Positions 29,961 to 40,218 of a stretch of DNA of 64,000 nt are shown piece after piece. Under the pieces are notes generated by a model, which saw only the letters and a list, made by a program, of their open reading frames with translations, did not search any database and was not told the DNA's origin. Every line of letters begins with the position of its first letter. The first letter of the stretch is position 1. Location: positions 316,348 through 380,347 of the forward strand of contig JBPOIB010000001.1 of assembly GCA_052034935.1 (NCBI GenBank), read 5' to 3'. This DNA is from Candidatus Moraniibacteriota bacterium (GTDB lineage Bacteria > Patescibacteriota > Minisyncoccia > Moranbacterales > UBA1568). The translations under genes and the position numbers were made by a program.

Positions 29961-31616
29961 TTACCAATCCCCTTTCTCAGGATGATCCTCGGTCAAGGCG
30001 ACCGTTTCCGGCCGACGGAGCAATCGACACCAGATGAATCGCTTTATCTGTGCATATTCCGGAAGTCTGAAGAAGGCTGAAGCGAATATGTAGGTAGCAG
30101 TACCGATAACAACGCCAAGACCGAGTTTTGCTGCCACCTCGACGAAGGTATCGAGTCGGTCGATGGTGAGCGCGAATATACCCTTGGAGTACTGTGCGAC
30201 AACCGCCGCAAGAAAGGCGACGATAGCGATTTTTATCACGCCAGAAAAAATATCGCGATCATTCCACTCGCTCACCCGGGCCCGAAGCGCTAGGTAGAGG
30301 AGCGAGAAGTTGATGATAGAGCCGATCGAGAAGGCAATCGCAAGACCGGCGACTTCGTAGCGTGGAAGGAGAAATGGGATGAGCGAGAGATGAACCGCTT
30401 CCGCTGCGAGTGCGGCAAAAAGTGGGGTCCGCGTATCTTGAAGAGCGAAGAAAGCTCGGACAAAAAGCGGAACAAGACTCTGGGCAAAGAGCGAGACAGA
30501 AAGCCAGCCTAAGACAGTGAACGTCAGAATAGTATCCTCCCAATTGAACGCTCCCGTCCCTAGGACAATACGGACGATTTCAGCGCGAAAAATGATGAGA
30601 AGAAAAGAGAGCGGCAGTACGAAGTACAATATTCGTTTGACTGTTTGGGAAAATATCTTGAAGAACTCTGCGTACTCTTTTTTGGCAGCGAGGGTCGAAA
30701 GAACAGGGAACGAAGCGAGTGAAAAAGCGATGCCGAACAGGCCAAGTGGGATGCTCTGGATATTTATCGCCAGAGTGAACGCAGCCAGGCTTCCGGAAAC
30801 GAGCGTGGAGGCGAAGATTGTTACGATTACCAAACTCACTTGATTGACAGCGACCGCAAGAGACCGCGGTATCATGAGTCGCACGACTCTTCGCAATGCC
30901 TCATCACGCCAGGCACGAGCAAGAGGGATAGTGTGCATGTTATATCCTGCCCGCCGAAAAGCAGGAATCTGCACCATCATATGGAGAAAAGCGCCAAAAA
31001 CGACTCCCCAAGCGAGGCCAATCGGCCCAAAAAAAGGAAACAGAGCGAGAATACCGAAGATGATACCGAGATTATAAAATACCGGAGCAAACGAATAGGC
31101 GAGAAACTGTTTGAAGGACACGAGCACGCCCCCAAGTACAGCTGAAACCGCGAGAAAAATTGGCGAGAGCAGCATGACTCGCGTCAGAAGAGCGACCAAC
31201 TCCTGCTTCTCCGGACCAAATCCAGGCGCTATCCAAACGGCAATTTTCGGTGCGAAGATGATGCCGAGAAGTGCGGCTCCGCCCAAGAAGATGACAAGCC
31301 ATTGAAGTGCTCCTTGAACAAGTCGCCAGGCCTGCTCGCGCTTATCATGCGCGATAAGTTCCGCGAATACGGGTATGAACGCGGCAGAGAGCGCTCCTAA
31401 GACGAGAAATCCATAGATCAGGTCAGGCAGCCGGAAGGCAGCGTAGTAGGCGTCGAGAATATCTCCGGCGCCGAAGGAGGACGCCAAGAGGCGATCACGG
31501 ATGAATCCGAGAATACGGCTCGCGATGCCGGCGAGCGCAATAACAAAAGCGGCGCCGCCGAGAGTTTCAATCGGGCGCTCGCTCCACTGCCACAAGCGTC
31601 GCGCAATACGTATCAC
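29961..31616 (-). CDS. murJ: Lipid II flippase MurJ (MviN)
   Basis: SRILGFIRD, DAYYAAFRLPD, GALSAAFIPVF, RAFFALQDTRTP. Confidence 0.95.
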   Translation of the reverse strand: MIRIARRLWQWSERPIETLGGAAFVIALAGIASRILGFIRDRLLASSFGAGDILDAYYAAFRLPDLIYGFLVLGALSAAFIPVFAELIAHDKREQAWRLVQGALQWLVIFLGGAALLGIIFAPKIAVWIAPGFGPEKQELVALLTRVMLLSPIFLAVSAVLGGVLVSFKQFLAYSFAPVFYNLGIIFGILALFPFFGPIGLAWGVVFGAFLHMMVQIPAFRRAGYNMHTIPLARAWRDEALRRVVRLMIPRSLAVAVNQVSLVIVTIFASTLVSGSLAAFTLAINIQSIPLGLFGIAFSLASFPVLSTLAAKKEYAEFFKIFSQTVKRILYFVLPLSFLLIIFRAEIVRIVLGTGAFNWEDTILTFTVLGWLSVSLFAQSLVPLFVRAFFALQDTRTPLFAALAAEAVHLSLIPFLLPRYEVAGLAIAFSIGSIINFSLLYLALRARVSEWNDRDIFSGVIKIAIVAFLAAVVAQYSKGIFALTIDRLDTFVEVAAKLGLGVVIGTATYIFASAFFRLPEYAQIKRFIWCRLLRRPETVALTEDHPEKGDW

Positions 31617-31637
31617 AAATCAAAAAGTCAGTGTCTA

Positions 31638-33617
31638 TTAAGATCCCGAATCAGCCTGTTTTCCGAAAACGACTCCCCAATAGAAATCACGGGAAAGCGT
31701 GCGTTCCGACTGAAATGTACGCTGGTACGGTATCAAATTTTCCGGCGTCTGCCAAACCGGAATGAACGATTCCGGATACCGAATAATTGCCTTCAGGTTC
31801 GAGCCGTTCGAACCTGATTGCTTCTGATACAGCACCGAATATCCTATCGCTCCAGCCGCTTCTCCCATGGATGGGTCGACACGGAATGGTAGCTCATACG
31901 TATAGCGGACAGTTACCGACTCACCCGGACTGACATAGACCCAGTTCCCAAAAACAGTCTTGCCGGCATCGGTCGAAATTCTGGTTCCACTCGTCTCATC
32001 AATGACTGTTTCTCGCTCTTCCCGCTCTATTTCTGGATCGCGACGAAAACCGAGAGCGGTGTAGTCAAGTGGTGGTTCAGGGAATTCTCTGGTCATGCCA
32101 TCAGCCGAAAGAAGCTTTGAGCCGAGCGGGACATACACTCGGAGATAATCAGCATTAACCTTGTTCCACCACTCATACGGAGTCTGGCCACCATTATGCT
32201 TGCGCGTGATAATCACTGTATCGATCACCTTGCCATCCGGGTGTATCTCGGCCTCATGCCAAATCTCTTCTTCGATAACACCATCCGTTTTATATCCATT
32301 GATGTTGGAGTGAATCACTGATACATAGTCATGGGGTGCAGAAAGCACTTCCCCCGACCAGCCAGCCGCACGGATAAGTCGCTCCATGTCAGGATTCTTC
32401 GAATACATCAGGATATGCCGCTCATTGAGGAGATCGGCCAGACTGTTGCCGAGCTCCCACGTTTCTTTCGGGTGACCGAAAGAAAGAAATCTCTGCAAAA
32501 GAACTTCCATCACATCACCAAGTATCCGTTTTGGTTCATTCTCTTCCTTGTCGTACCCGACCTCCACTTCCTCCTGGATGATGGAGATAAAGTTTTCGGT
32601 ATCGATAGTCACACCGTACTCCGGCAAACTTACCGGCCCCACCAGTTCAAGCACGCGCTTCAACACCTCTGGTGTCAGAGTGATGATTCCATCAACTGTC
32701 GGACCGCCGGTCTTCTCATAGAAAAACATGGCTTTCTCGGCCGATGTCGGAAAATCAGGGAACCAGTTGCTATCATGCAGGCTCCAGCCGGCACTAATTT
32801 TTTGAATCGGCTTCGGCGGTACAATATTCTCCTTCAACTGCCCGTCGGGATTAAATATTCCATCGACGAAAAAACGACGGAGCTTTCCGGCGTTCACATC
32901 GAGCAGCGCATAGCTTCCGATAAATCCTCCGGTCGCACGAAGCTCATGATTATTCTGAAAAAGAAAAAGGTAAGTTCTCGGTCCATGAGCACCGAGCATT
33001 TCAGCAAAAAGTGACTGATGCTCGACATAGTTTCCGAGTAGAGCAACCGCAAGCGGCAATGCTTTATTCAGTGTAGAGTATTGGGGCTGAAACTCTCTAG
33101 GAATAACCGACGGATTAATCCGGCCGATTGCTCGCTCTGTCCGAACGAGGTACTCATGCGCGCGCGAAGCATCAAGCTTTGTCGACTCGAAAAGATCAAG
33201 CATGGATAGGGTGTCGTTCCCTGCTATACTGTTTGTCTGCATGACTCTTTCGGCCAAGGAAAGGCCCGCGAAGGCGGCTTCGATTCCATCCGATCCAGAA
33301 GAAAAGACCGCTTCCGCAGCAAGAAGATGAGAACAGCCAGGAATACTCGAACAACCTTTCGGTATCAATGCGATCGGAGAGAGCCAGAAAGCACCTCGGT
33401 CGAATATCTTTTGCGAAACCTGAAGATGTTTCCGGCTCGCTGTAAAATCTTCGCGCCGCATACTCTCGACAGCACTCCCTATCGACAGGATGCCTCTCTC
33501 AAGCTCATTTTTTAAAATACTCACCAGGCACCAGCCAAGAACAATAAAAGAAAGGATCACAGCGAATGCCACGATTGCTTTGCGCGGATATCGGGATGAC
33601 TTCTGGTAACGAGACAT
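31638..33617 (-). CDS. DUF4012 domain-containing membrane-anchored protein
   Basis: YLFLFQNNHELRATGGFIGSY, DSNWFPDFPTSA, YLRVYVP.GS, QKQSG. Confidence 0.88.
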   Translation of the reverse strand: MSRYQKSSRYPRKAIVAFAVILSFIVLGWCLVSILKNELERGILSIGSAVESMRREDFTASRKHLQVSQKIFDRGAFWLSPIALIPKGCSSIPGCSHLLAAEAVFSSGSDGIEAAFAGLSLAERVMQTNSIAGNDTLSMLDLFESTKLDASRAHEYLVRTERAIGRINPSVIPREFQPQYSTLNKALPLAVALLGNYVEHQSLFAEMLGAHGPRTYLFLFQNNHELRATGGFIGSYALLDVNAGKLRRFFVDGIFNPDGQLKENIVPPKPIQKISAGWSLHDSNWFPDFPTSAEKAMFFYEKTGGPTVDGIITLTPEVLKRVLELVGPVSLPEYGVTIDTENFISIIQEEVEVGYDKEENEPKRILGDVMEVLLQRFLSFGHPKETWELGNSLADLLNERHILMYSKNPDMERLIRAAGWSGEVLSAPHDYVSVIHSNINGYKTDGVIEEEIWHEAEIHPDGKVIDTVIITRKHNGGQTPYEWWNKVNADYLRVYVPLGSKLLSADGMTREFPEPPLDYTALGFRRDPEIEREERETVIDETSGTRISTDAGKTVFGNWVYVSPGESVTVRYTYELPFRVDPSMGEAAGAIGYSVLYQKQSGSNGSNLKAIIRYPESFIPVWQTPENLIPYQRTFQSERTLSRDFYWGVVFGKQADSGS

Positions 33618-33675
33618 GGGGAATGATTATAATGACGCTGGTTCGGTAAAGCTCCTCATGAGCAGACCCACTTCT

Positions 33676-34833
33676 TTAGTATCGTCTCGAATGAGCCGTC
33701 TCGTAAAGGCGGAAGGTTTCTTCGGCCATTTTTTTCCAGGAGAACTTTCCCACTCGATGCCATCGCACTTTCCGAGAAACAACAACCTCCTCATAAAGCG
33801 CACGGCGGAGTGCCTCAGCACAGCTCCCGGCTGACCGGGGATCGAAATAATAGGCCGCATCCCCATAAATTTCAGTGAGAGATCCAGCTTCTGCAGCAAC
33901 TACTGGCGTACCATACGTCATCGCTTCAAGTCCGGGAAGGCCGAAACCCTCGTACAGCGACGGGAAGAAATACACACTGGCCCGGCGATAGAGAGCGCCG
34001 AGCGATCGGTCATCGAGATAGTTAGCGAACCGTATATTCGTACAGTCTGCTGATGTGACGTCTCGCTTGAAAGCGCGATAGAAAAAATCTTCTTTTCCAA
34101 CCAAAAGAAATTCGTACTGAGGAAACTTGGCCGCCGTCTCAATGAGCAGCCTGAGATTTTTGTGTGGATAAGCATTACCAACATAGAGAATAAATGGCTT
34201 CATCGTCACATCTTCGCCATCGTGTCCGGACCCATACAACCCTAACGAAGTGAAGAGATTCCTTTCGCTTTTCGGATCAAGCCAGAAGCAGAAGTCATCT
34301 GCTGCTTCGAGCGTCACCGTCACTTTTTCTCTCGCTGCTGGATATACCGTCTCGAGATCTGATTTGGTAAATTGAGAAACGGCAATAATAGCTCGGGAGC
34401 GCCAAACTGCATGTGCGATCACAACCCGGTAAGCTATATATTTGATCCAGTAGAGAAACGGCGATAATTCAGTCGCTTTTACCGTCGGATAGTGAAGCAG
34501 GATCAAATCATGAATCGTTACTATGAACGGTATTGTTACAAATAACGGAACGTTGAAATGAGGAAAATGCATGAGGTCGAGCCGGTGTTCCGCGATGAGC
34601 CGCGGAAAGAGAATCTGTTCTCTCCACCCGTACCACGGATAGTCCGCCAGAACCTTGATGAAGTTCTCTCGTTTCGACTGGTATTCATCGAAGTTCTCGC
34701 GGCGAAGAAAAATGAAAAACGTATGATCCGCACTGCCCGGTATGGATTCGAGGTGAGTAATGAGTTTTTCCGTATATCGGCCAAGACCCTTGCCAAGAGA
34801 TCCGTAGAAACGAGCATCGATACCAATCCGCAT
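33676..34833 (-). CDS. GT4-family glycosyltransferase
   Basis: MRIGIDAR, VTIHDL, YVGNAYPHKN, PSLYEGFGLPGLEAM, FSWKKMA. Confidence 0.95.
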   Translation of the reverse strand: MRIGIDARFYGSLGKGLGRYTEKLITHLESIPGSADHTFFIFLRRENFDEYQSKRENFIKVLADYPWYGWREQILFPRLIAEHRLDLMHFPHFNVPLFVTIPFIVTIHDLILLHYPTVKATELSPFLYWIKYIAYRVVIAHAVWRSRAIIAVSQFTKSDLETVYPAAREKVTVTLEAADDFCFWLDPKSERNLFTSLGLYGSGHDGEDVTMKPFILYVGNAYPHKNLRLLIETAAKFPQYEFLLVGKEDFFYRAFKRDVTSADCTNIRFANYLDDRSLGALYRRASVYFFPSLYEGFGLPGLEAMTYGTPVVAAEAGSLTEIYGDAAYYFDPRSAGSCAEALRRALYEEVVVSRKVRWHRVGKFSWKKMAEETFRLYETAHSRRY

Positions 34834-34842
34834 AAGGCTGGC

Positions 34843-35568
34843 CTATGAATGTTTTTCTGCAATACCTGATTTTTCTCCCAGATGGAACGGTGAGTGATTC
34901 ACTGTAAAGACAAATAGGGCCTGCGCGGCTAAAATTTGAAAAATGCCAGTTTCCTCAAGCCGATTTTTCATCTTATGAAAGATAATGAAAGCCGTGACGC
35001 CCGAAGCGTCTTCCGGCGATCGGACGAAAAGAAGCCGACCCTCTTCCCAGAGATATTTTTTCGTTTCAAGTAGCGATTGTCCATCCAGGCTCTGAAGCCG
35101 CTCGATATGCTCGCCATCTCCGACGACATACTGCTCGATGAGTTCGCCACTTTCGGTCGAGACGAAATACAAGCCAACGCAATCTGATTGAGCGAGAAGC
35201 CCTGTCGCATCAATAATCGGATCATAGAGCTCCTTGCCCGTCTTTTCAAAAATCGTCGCTTTAGATTGCGGCAGCGAAACGACCATGTTTTTCACGATAT
35301 CGATCCGACGATTCATCTCACCGATATATGAATATGACTGGGAGAGATCTTTCCTGATCTGGTTCGCTTCCTGCTGCAGGGAAAGCTTTTCCCTGACCGC
35401 TCGCAAGAAGGCTGATTCTTTGCCGAGATACAAGAGGAGGCCGAGCATGCCAAAGCAGAAGATGAGCAGCGACTCAAAATCATCCTCGCTGAAGAAGAGC
35501 ACTCCTTCCCCGATAAACTCGGGAGTGACAATCATGCAGAGGAAGAGGATGAGGTAGGCCCAGTACAT
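34843..35568 (-). CDS. Hypothetical protein: two TM helices, coiled coil, possible GAF-like domain
   Basis: Two N-terminal hydrophobic helices, heptad segment (QEANQIRKDLSQSYSYIGEMNRRIDIV), alpha/beta C-terminus. Confidence 0.75.
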   Translation of the reverse strand: MYWAYLILFLCMIVTPEFIGEGVLFFSEDDFESLLIFCFGMLGLLLYLGKESAFLRAVREKLSLQQEANQIRKDLSQSYSYIGEMNRRIDIVKNMVVSLPQSKATIFEKTGKELYDPIIDATGLLAQSDCVGLYFVSTESGELIEQYVVGDGEHIERLQSLDGQSLLETKKYLWEEGRLLFVRSPEDASGVTAFIIFHKMKNRLEETGIFQILAAQALFVFTVNHSPFHLGEKSGIAEKHS

Positions 35569-35618
35569 TATATAGACGAAGCGAACAGTGCGAATTATCG
35601 TGAGAAATTAAGACCTCT

Positions 35619-36509
35619 TTATTTGCCCGAGCTATCAAGCAGCTCTCGCATATGAGCTCTGACTTGTTCGCCGATATCCGGACGCTCGACCGCGTAAGAG
35701 AGAATAGCTGTCATATAGTTGAGAGGATCGCCAGTAGTCATCCACTGGCCATTTTCAACCGACTTGGCGTAAAAAGTCCCTCCGCCGGCGATGTAATTAT
35801 GAATCGCATCTACCAACCAGAGCTCATTCCCCTTACCGAGGGACGTAGAACGGAGAATATCGATGATTTCTTGATTCAAGATATACCGACCAAAGCCAGC
35901 AAGACGTGAAGGAGCCTCCTCCTGGGTCGGCTTTTCGATGATATTGCGGACCCGCATTGTCTCCGGATCGACATCGACGATACCGTATTTAGAAACTTCG
36001 CTCTCCAGCACCTCCTGAACACCCAGCATCGGTTGACCATGCCGATTATACTCATCGACCATCTGTTTGGTGAAGGAGACCTCCGATTTCACGAGATCAT
36101 CGCCGAAGCAGTAGATGAACGGCTCATCGTCAACGAGGCTCGCAGCCGAAAGCACTGGCGTCCCATTACCGTACGGACCTTTCTGGCGGACATGGACGAA
36201 GTTGGCCATTTCAGCGACCCGATGGACCTGATCGTAGCGATCCTGCTTCCCATTCTTCAATAGATCATCCTCGAGAGCAGTCGAGTAGTCGAAATGGTCC
36301 TCGAGCGGTTTCTTATCCCAGCGCGTAACGAAAATAATATCTTCGATACCAGCCTCTACGAGCTCTTCCACCACCAGCTGAATGATCGGCTTATCGACGA
36401 TTGGAAGCATTTCCTTCGGCATGGATTTCGTCGCTGGCAAGAGCCGTGTGCCGCTTCCCGCGACAGCAATAATCGCTTTCTTGATTTTCTTCGGTGCTGT
36501 ATCTGTCAT
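35619..36509 (-). CDS. galU: UTP--glucose-1-phosphate uridylyltransferase
   Basis: KAIIAVAGSGTRLLPATKSMPKEMLPIVDKP, LEDHFD, IIEKP, GRYIL. Confidence 0.92.
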   Translation of the reverse strand: MTDTAPKKIKKAIIAVAGSGTRLLPATKSMPKEMLPIVDKPIIQLVVEELVEAGIEDIIFVTRWDKKPLEDHFDYSTALEDDLLKNGKQDRYDQVHRVAEMANFVHVRQKGPYGNGTPVLSAASLVDDEPFIYCFGDDLVKSEVSFTKQMVDEYNRHGQPMLGVQEVLESEVSKYGIVDVDPETMRVRNIIEKPTQEEAPSRLAGFGRYILNQEIIDILRSTSLGKGNELWLVDAIHNYIAGGGTFYAKSVENGQWMTTGDPLNYMTAILSYAVERPDIGEQVRAHMRELLDSSGK

Positions 36510-36536
36510 AGTGCGCGTTTTAGAGGTTAAGGGGAT

Positions 36537-37328
36537 TTAGAGCGAAACGATGCGTTTGAACTCCTCGTTGAACTCGATGAGCGCTTCGCTGATCATCGGA
36601 TGGAAACGGTCACGGAATCTCTTCTCACGAACGAAATTACTCGCATCGAGAAGCGAATCATGCGTGCCAACATCGAACCAGGCTCCATCGATACGCCGGA
36701 CATCGAGTGCATCCTTGCCAAGATAATGGCGATGAAGATCGGTAATCTCAAGCTCCCCTCGTCCAGACGGCTGAAGTGATTTGGCAACCGCTACCACTTC
36801 CGCATCATAGATATAGAGTCCGGGAATAGCGAAATTGCTTTTCGGGACCTCCGGCTTCTCCTCGATCGAGATGACACGCCCAGTTTCGTTCTCGAATTCC
36901 ACCACGCCGAAACGTTCCGGATCCGGCACCTCCTTGGCAAAAATACGGCCGCCCCGCTCGAAACTTTTGATTGCCTCGATAAAGTCTCCCTCGAAGAGAT
37001 TGTCACCGAGAATCATCGTCACCGGACCGTTGTCGATGAAATCCTCGCCGAGAATGAAGGCCTCCGCTAATCCGCGCGGCTCCTTCTGAACGACGAATGA
37101 GATATTCACCCCCTGTTTCCGAAGCAATGATCCGAGCAGATTGAGATAGGTCCCTGCATGCTCCGGCGACACGATGATCAGGATATCCTTAATGCCAGCA
37201 GAAACGAGGGTATTCAGCGGATAGAAAATCATCGGCCGATCATAGACCGGTAAGAGTTGCTTCGAAGCGATTGCCGTCAGCGGGAGCAAGCGGGTGCCGT
37301 TGCCGCCGGCGAGGATGATTCCTTTCAT
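36537..37328 (-). CDS. rmlA: Glucose-1-phosphate thymidylyltransferase (short RmlA/SpsI type)
   Basis: MKGIILAGGNGTRL.PLT...SKQLLPVYDRPMI, IEEKP, RGELEITD. Alternative start at 37340. Confidence 0.92.
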   Translation of the reverse strand: MKGIILAGGNGTRLLPLTAIASKQLLPVYDRPMIFYPLNTLVSAGIKDILIIVSPEHAGTYLNLLGSLLRKQGVNISFVVQKEPRGLAEAFILGEDFIDNGPVTMILGDNLFEGDFIEAIKSFERGGRIFAKEVPDPERFGVVEFENETGRVISIEEKPEVPKSNFAIPGLYIYDAEVVAVAKSLQPSGRGELEITDLHRHYLGKDALDVRRIDGAWFDVGTHDSLLDASNFVREKRFRDRFHPMISEALIEFNEEFKRIVSL

Positions 37329-37340
37329 AGAACGTTTCAT

Positions 37341-38585
37341 TTATCGATACACTGGAAACGCTTTGCAGAGTCTCTTCACTTCCATAGCAAGTCGTTTCAG
37401 CGTCCGGATATCGCCTTTAGCCCGAAGCGCCGCATCGATGACTCGCGCAATTTGCCTCACCTCTTTCTCTTTCATGCCGCGCGTCGTAAGGGCCGGTACG
37501 CCGATGCGCAGACCCGAAGGATCAATCGGTCCGCGCGGATCATTCGGTATGACGTTCTTATTGACCGTAATGCCGATGCTATCGAGCAGCGTCTCACCCT
37601 CCTTGCCGGTCACCCCGTGGCTTTTCACTACATCGATCAGCACCATATGATTTTCCGTCTTGCCGAAAACGATCGTGAAGCCGAGTGCTCGGAATTCTTC
37701 CTCGAGGGCCTTGGCATTCTTCAGGACTTGTTTTCCATAGGTCCGGAAAGATGGCTTGAGCGCCTCGCCGAAGGCCACAGCTTTGGCGGCAACCACCTGC
37801 ATATGCGGACCGCCCTGCGTTCCGGGAAAGACCGCTTTGTCGATCAGTTTAGCTATCGACTCGCGACAGAGAATGATGCCGCCGCGTGGTCCGCGGAGCG
37901 ACTTGTGTGTCGTTGCTGTGACGACATCGAAGTACGGGACCGGATTCGGAAGCGCTTTAGCGGCGACCAGACCGGCGATATGGGCCATGTCCATCATCGC
38001 ATAGGCTTTCACCTTCTTCGCGATGGCGGAAAATCTCGCATAATCAAGCTGTCGCGTATAGGAAGAGAATCCGGCCAAGAGAAGCTTCGGCTTTTCTTTC
38101 AGAGCGAGCGCCTCGAGCTTCTTGTAGTCGATCGTCCCATCCGGCTCAGTCTCGTAACGCACGAAACGGTAAACTTTAGCCGGTAAGGTGACCGGGTGGC
38201 CATGCGTCAGATGCCCGCCGTGGGACAGGTCCATGCCGAGCACGGTGTCGCCTGGCTCAAGGAGCGCCGCATAGACAGCGAGATTGGCCTGCGCACCGGA
38301 ATGCGGCTGGACATTGGCATGCTCCGCATCGAAAAGCTTCTTCGCACGATCAATCGCAAGCACCTCCACTTGGTCAGTATATGTCTGACCGCCGTAGTAG
38401 CGCTTACCCGGATAGCCCTCGGAATACTTGTTGGTCAGGGTTGTTCCAAGTGTCTCCAGCACGGACCTTGAGACGTAGTTCTCGGACGCGATCATTTCGA
38501 TTCCCTCCTCTTCGCGCTTCACCTCACCCATGACCGCCTTCCACACCGCCGGATCAGATTTCTTCAGATTTTTGTAGTCGAACAT
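37341..38585 (-). CDS. glyA: Serine hydroxymethyltransferase
   Basis: IASEN, NKYSEGYPGKRYYGG, GGHLTHG, TTHKSLRGPRGG, FPGTQGGP. Confidence 0.98.
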   Translation of the reverse strand: MFDYKNLKKSDPAVWKAVMGEVKREEEGIEMIASENYVSRSVLETLGTTLTNKYSEGYPGKRYYGGQTYTDQVEVLAIDRAKKLFDAEHANVQPHSGAQANLAVYAALLEPGDTVLGMDLSHGGHLTHGHPVTLPAKVYRFVRYETEPDGTIDYKKLEALALKEKPKLLLAGFSSYTRQLDYARFSAIAKKVKAYAMMDMAHIAGLVAAKALPNPVPYFDVVTATTHKSLRGPRGGIILCRESIAKLIDKAVFPGTQGGPHMQVVAAKAVAFGEALKPSFRTYGKQVLKNAKALEEEFRALGFTIVFGKTENHMVLIDVVKSHGVTGKEGETLLDSIGITVNKNVIPNDPRGPIDPSGLRIGVPALTTRGMKEKEVRQIARVIDAALRAKGDIRTLKRLAMEVKRLCKAFPVYR

Positions 38586-38634
38586 ACGCGGAAATATCAA
38601 TGGCTCAGAAAATCAGTCATCTCGCCAAAAAAGA

Positions 38635-39519
38635 CTAGAGCATATCGGCAAGATAGTCTTTCAGTGCCTCTTCATATGGACGAAGCTTCGGCCGTTTCGT
38701 ATTGAGGAGTACGGAAGTGTGAGGACGGCGGGCGGGACGCACCAGCCCCTGGGATGGGACCGGAATCACCTCGATCCGGAACTCGGCCTGGCGGTAGAGC
38801 TCAATTGTCGCCTGGAACCAGGTAACCGGATTCTCATTCGGAAGATGATAGATGCCCGGAGCAGCGTCCGAGGAGATGAGCTCGCGCGTCGCGAAGGCGA
38901 GGTCGGGAGCGTACGTGAAGCACCCCCTCTCATCATCGACTACCTCCACACTCGACCCGTTCTTTGCCTTCATGAGCATCGTATCGAAAAAGCTTTTCTT
39001 ACCAAGACTAGAGATCGCCGGCTCGCCGAAGAGTTTCGAGAGTCGGACAAGATATCCCTTGCCGCCAGCCGCGAGAACTGCCTGCTCACCCTCATATTTC
39101 GACAGTCCGTAACGAGAAATCGGATTCGGTACGGCATCCTCGGCATACCCGGCTTCATTCATTCCATCGAAAACATAGTCCGTCGAGTAATGAACAAAGA
39201 TGATGCCCTTTTCCGCGCTATAGCGAGCGAGATAGCCGGGGACATCCCGGTTCAGGACAAGCGCTTTCCGGTACTCGTCGTCATCCGCCTCGCAGGCATC
39301 AACCGCATTGTAAGCCACGGCATTGATCATCATGTCCGGAGCGAAAGCGGCGATTTTTTCGAGCGAAGCTACCTCTTCCGTCAGATTGATTTCAGTCGTA
39401 TCCCAGAGTGCGAGCTCATAGCCCGCCAATCGAAAGTCCTGACCAAGCGCCTGGCCCAGCATTCCTTTCGCCCCGAGAATCAGGGCTTTTTTTCGTGTTT
39501 TTTGTCCGGTATCATTCAT
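38635..39519 (-). CDS. rmlD: dTDP-4-dehydrorhamnose reductase
   Basis: GAKGMLG, STDYVFDG, YGLSK, PARRP. Confidence 0.92.
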   Translation of the reverse strand: MNDTGQKTRKKALILGAKGMLGQALGQDFRLAGYELALWDTTEINLTEEVASLEKIAAFAPDMMINAVAYNAVDACEADDDEYRKALVLNRDVPGYLARYSAEKGIIFVHYSTDYVFDGMNEAGYAEDAVPNPISRYGLSKYEGEQAVLAAGGKGYLVRLSKLFGEPAISSLGKKSFFDTMLMKAKNGSSVEVVDDERGCFTYAPDLAFATRELISSDAAPGIYHLPNENPVTWFQATIELYRQAEFRIEVIPVPSQGLVRPARRPHTSVLLNTKRPKLRPYEEALKDYLADML

Positions 39520-39557
39520 AGCCTCCTTATTATAGCAAATCGCTCGTACTGACAATT

Positions 39558-40214
39558 TTAACCGAGAAAAGGCATGAAGTCATGCATGGTACCCTCGGTC
39601 ATATCGATATATTCGATACCGAGCGGCTCGAGCAGCATTTTCGGGATGCGTCGGGTCGGACCGAGCTGATGTTCTTGCCGCAGCATCCCATCATGGACCG
39701 GAAAGACTGCTTTCGGCTTAATAATTTTCGCATACTCGATTGCTTCCTCAAGCCGCATCCAGGGTCCAGCAACTGGCAGAGCGAGAACGGCGACGTCCTT
39801 CTTCGGATCATGAAAAGAATCGCCCGGGTAAAAGAGCGCCCCGTCGATGTAAAAACCTGTGTTCTGAACCTTCGGCAAATCGTGATGGATGCAGGCATGA
39901 ACGCTCCCGCTACTCTCAATCGACACATCCTTCACTGTCACCGTCTCACCGTCAGCAATCAGTGTATGCGTGATGCTGGCTTCATCCAGTATCCTTCCCA
40001 CGCTCGCATGCGTGATTACCTTTGCTCCGGGATTTTTCGCAAGGATAACCTCGAGACTCTCGGTATGAAGATGGTCCTGATGCTCGTGTGAAATAAGAAC
40101 AGCATCGATATCTGCCACCATTGGCGTCTCATTGTAGTTTCCCGGATCGGTCAGGATTCGTACGCCCTTCACTTCGATCAAGAGGCAGCAATGCCCGAAT
40201 TTCGTGATTTTCAT
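39558..40214 (-). CDS. Metallo-beta-lactamase-fold hydrolase
   Basis: GHCC, TDPG, SHEHQDH, YPGDS, PVHDG. Confidence 0.9.
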   Translation of the reverse strand: MKITKFGHCCLLIEVKGVRILTDPGNYNETPMVADIDAVLISHEHQDHLHTESLEVILAKNPGAKVITHASVGRILDEASITHTLIADGETVTVKDVSIESSGSVHACIHHDLPKVQNTGFYIDGALFYPGDSFHDPKKDVAVLALPVAGPWMRLEEAIEYAKIIKPKAVFPVHDGMLRQEHQLGPTRRIPKMLLEPLGIEYIDMTEGTMHDFMPFLG

Positions 40215-40218
40215 AGAA

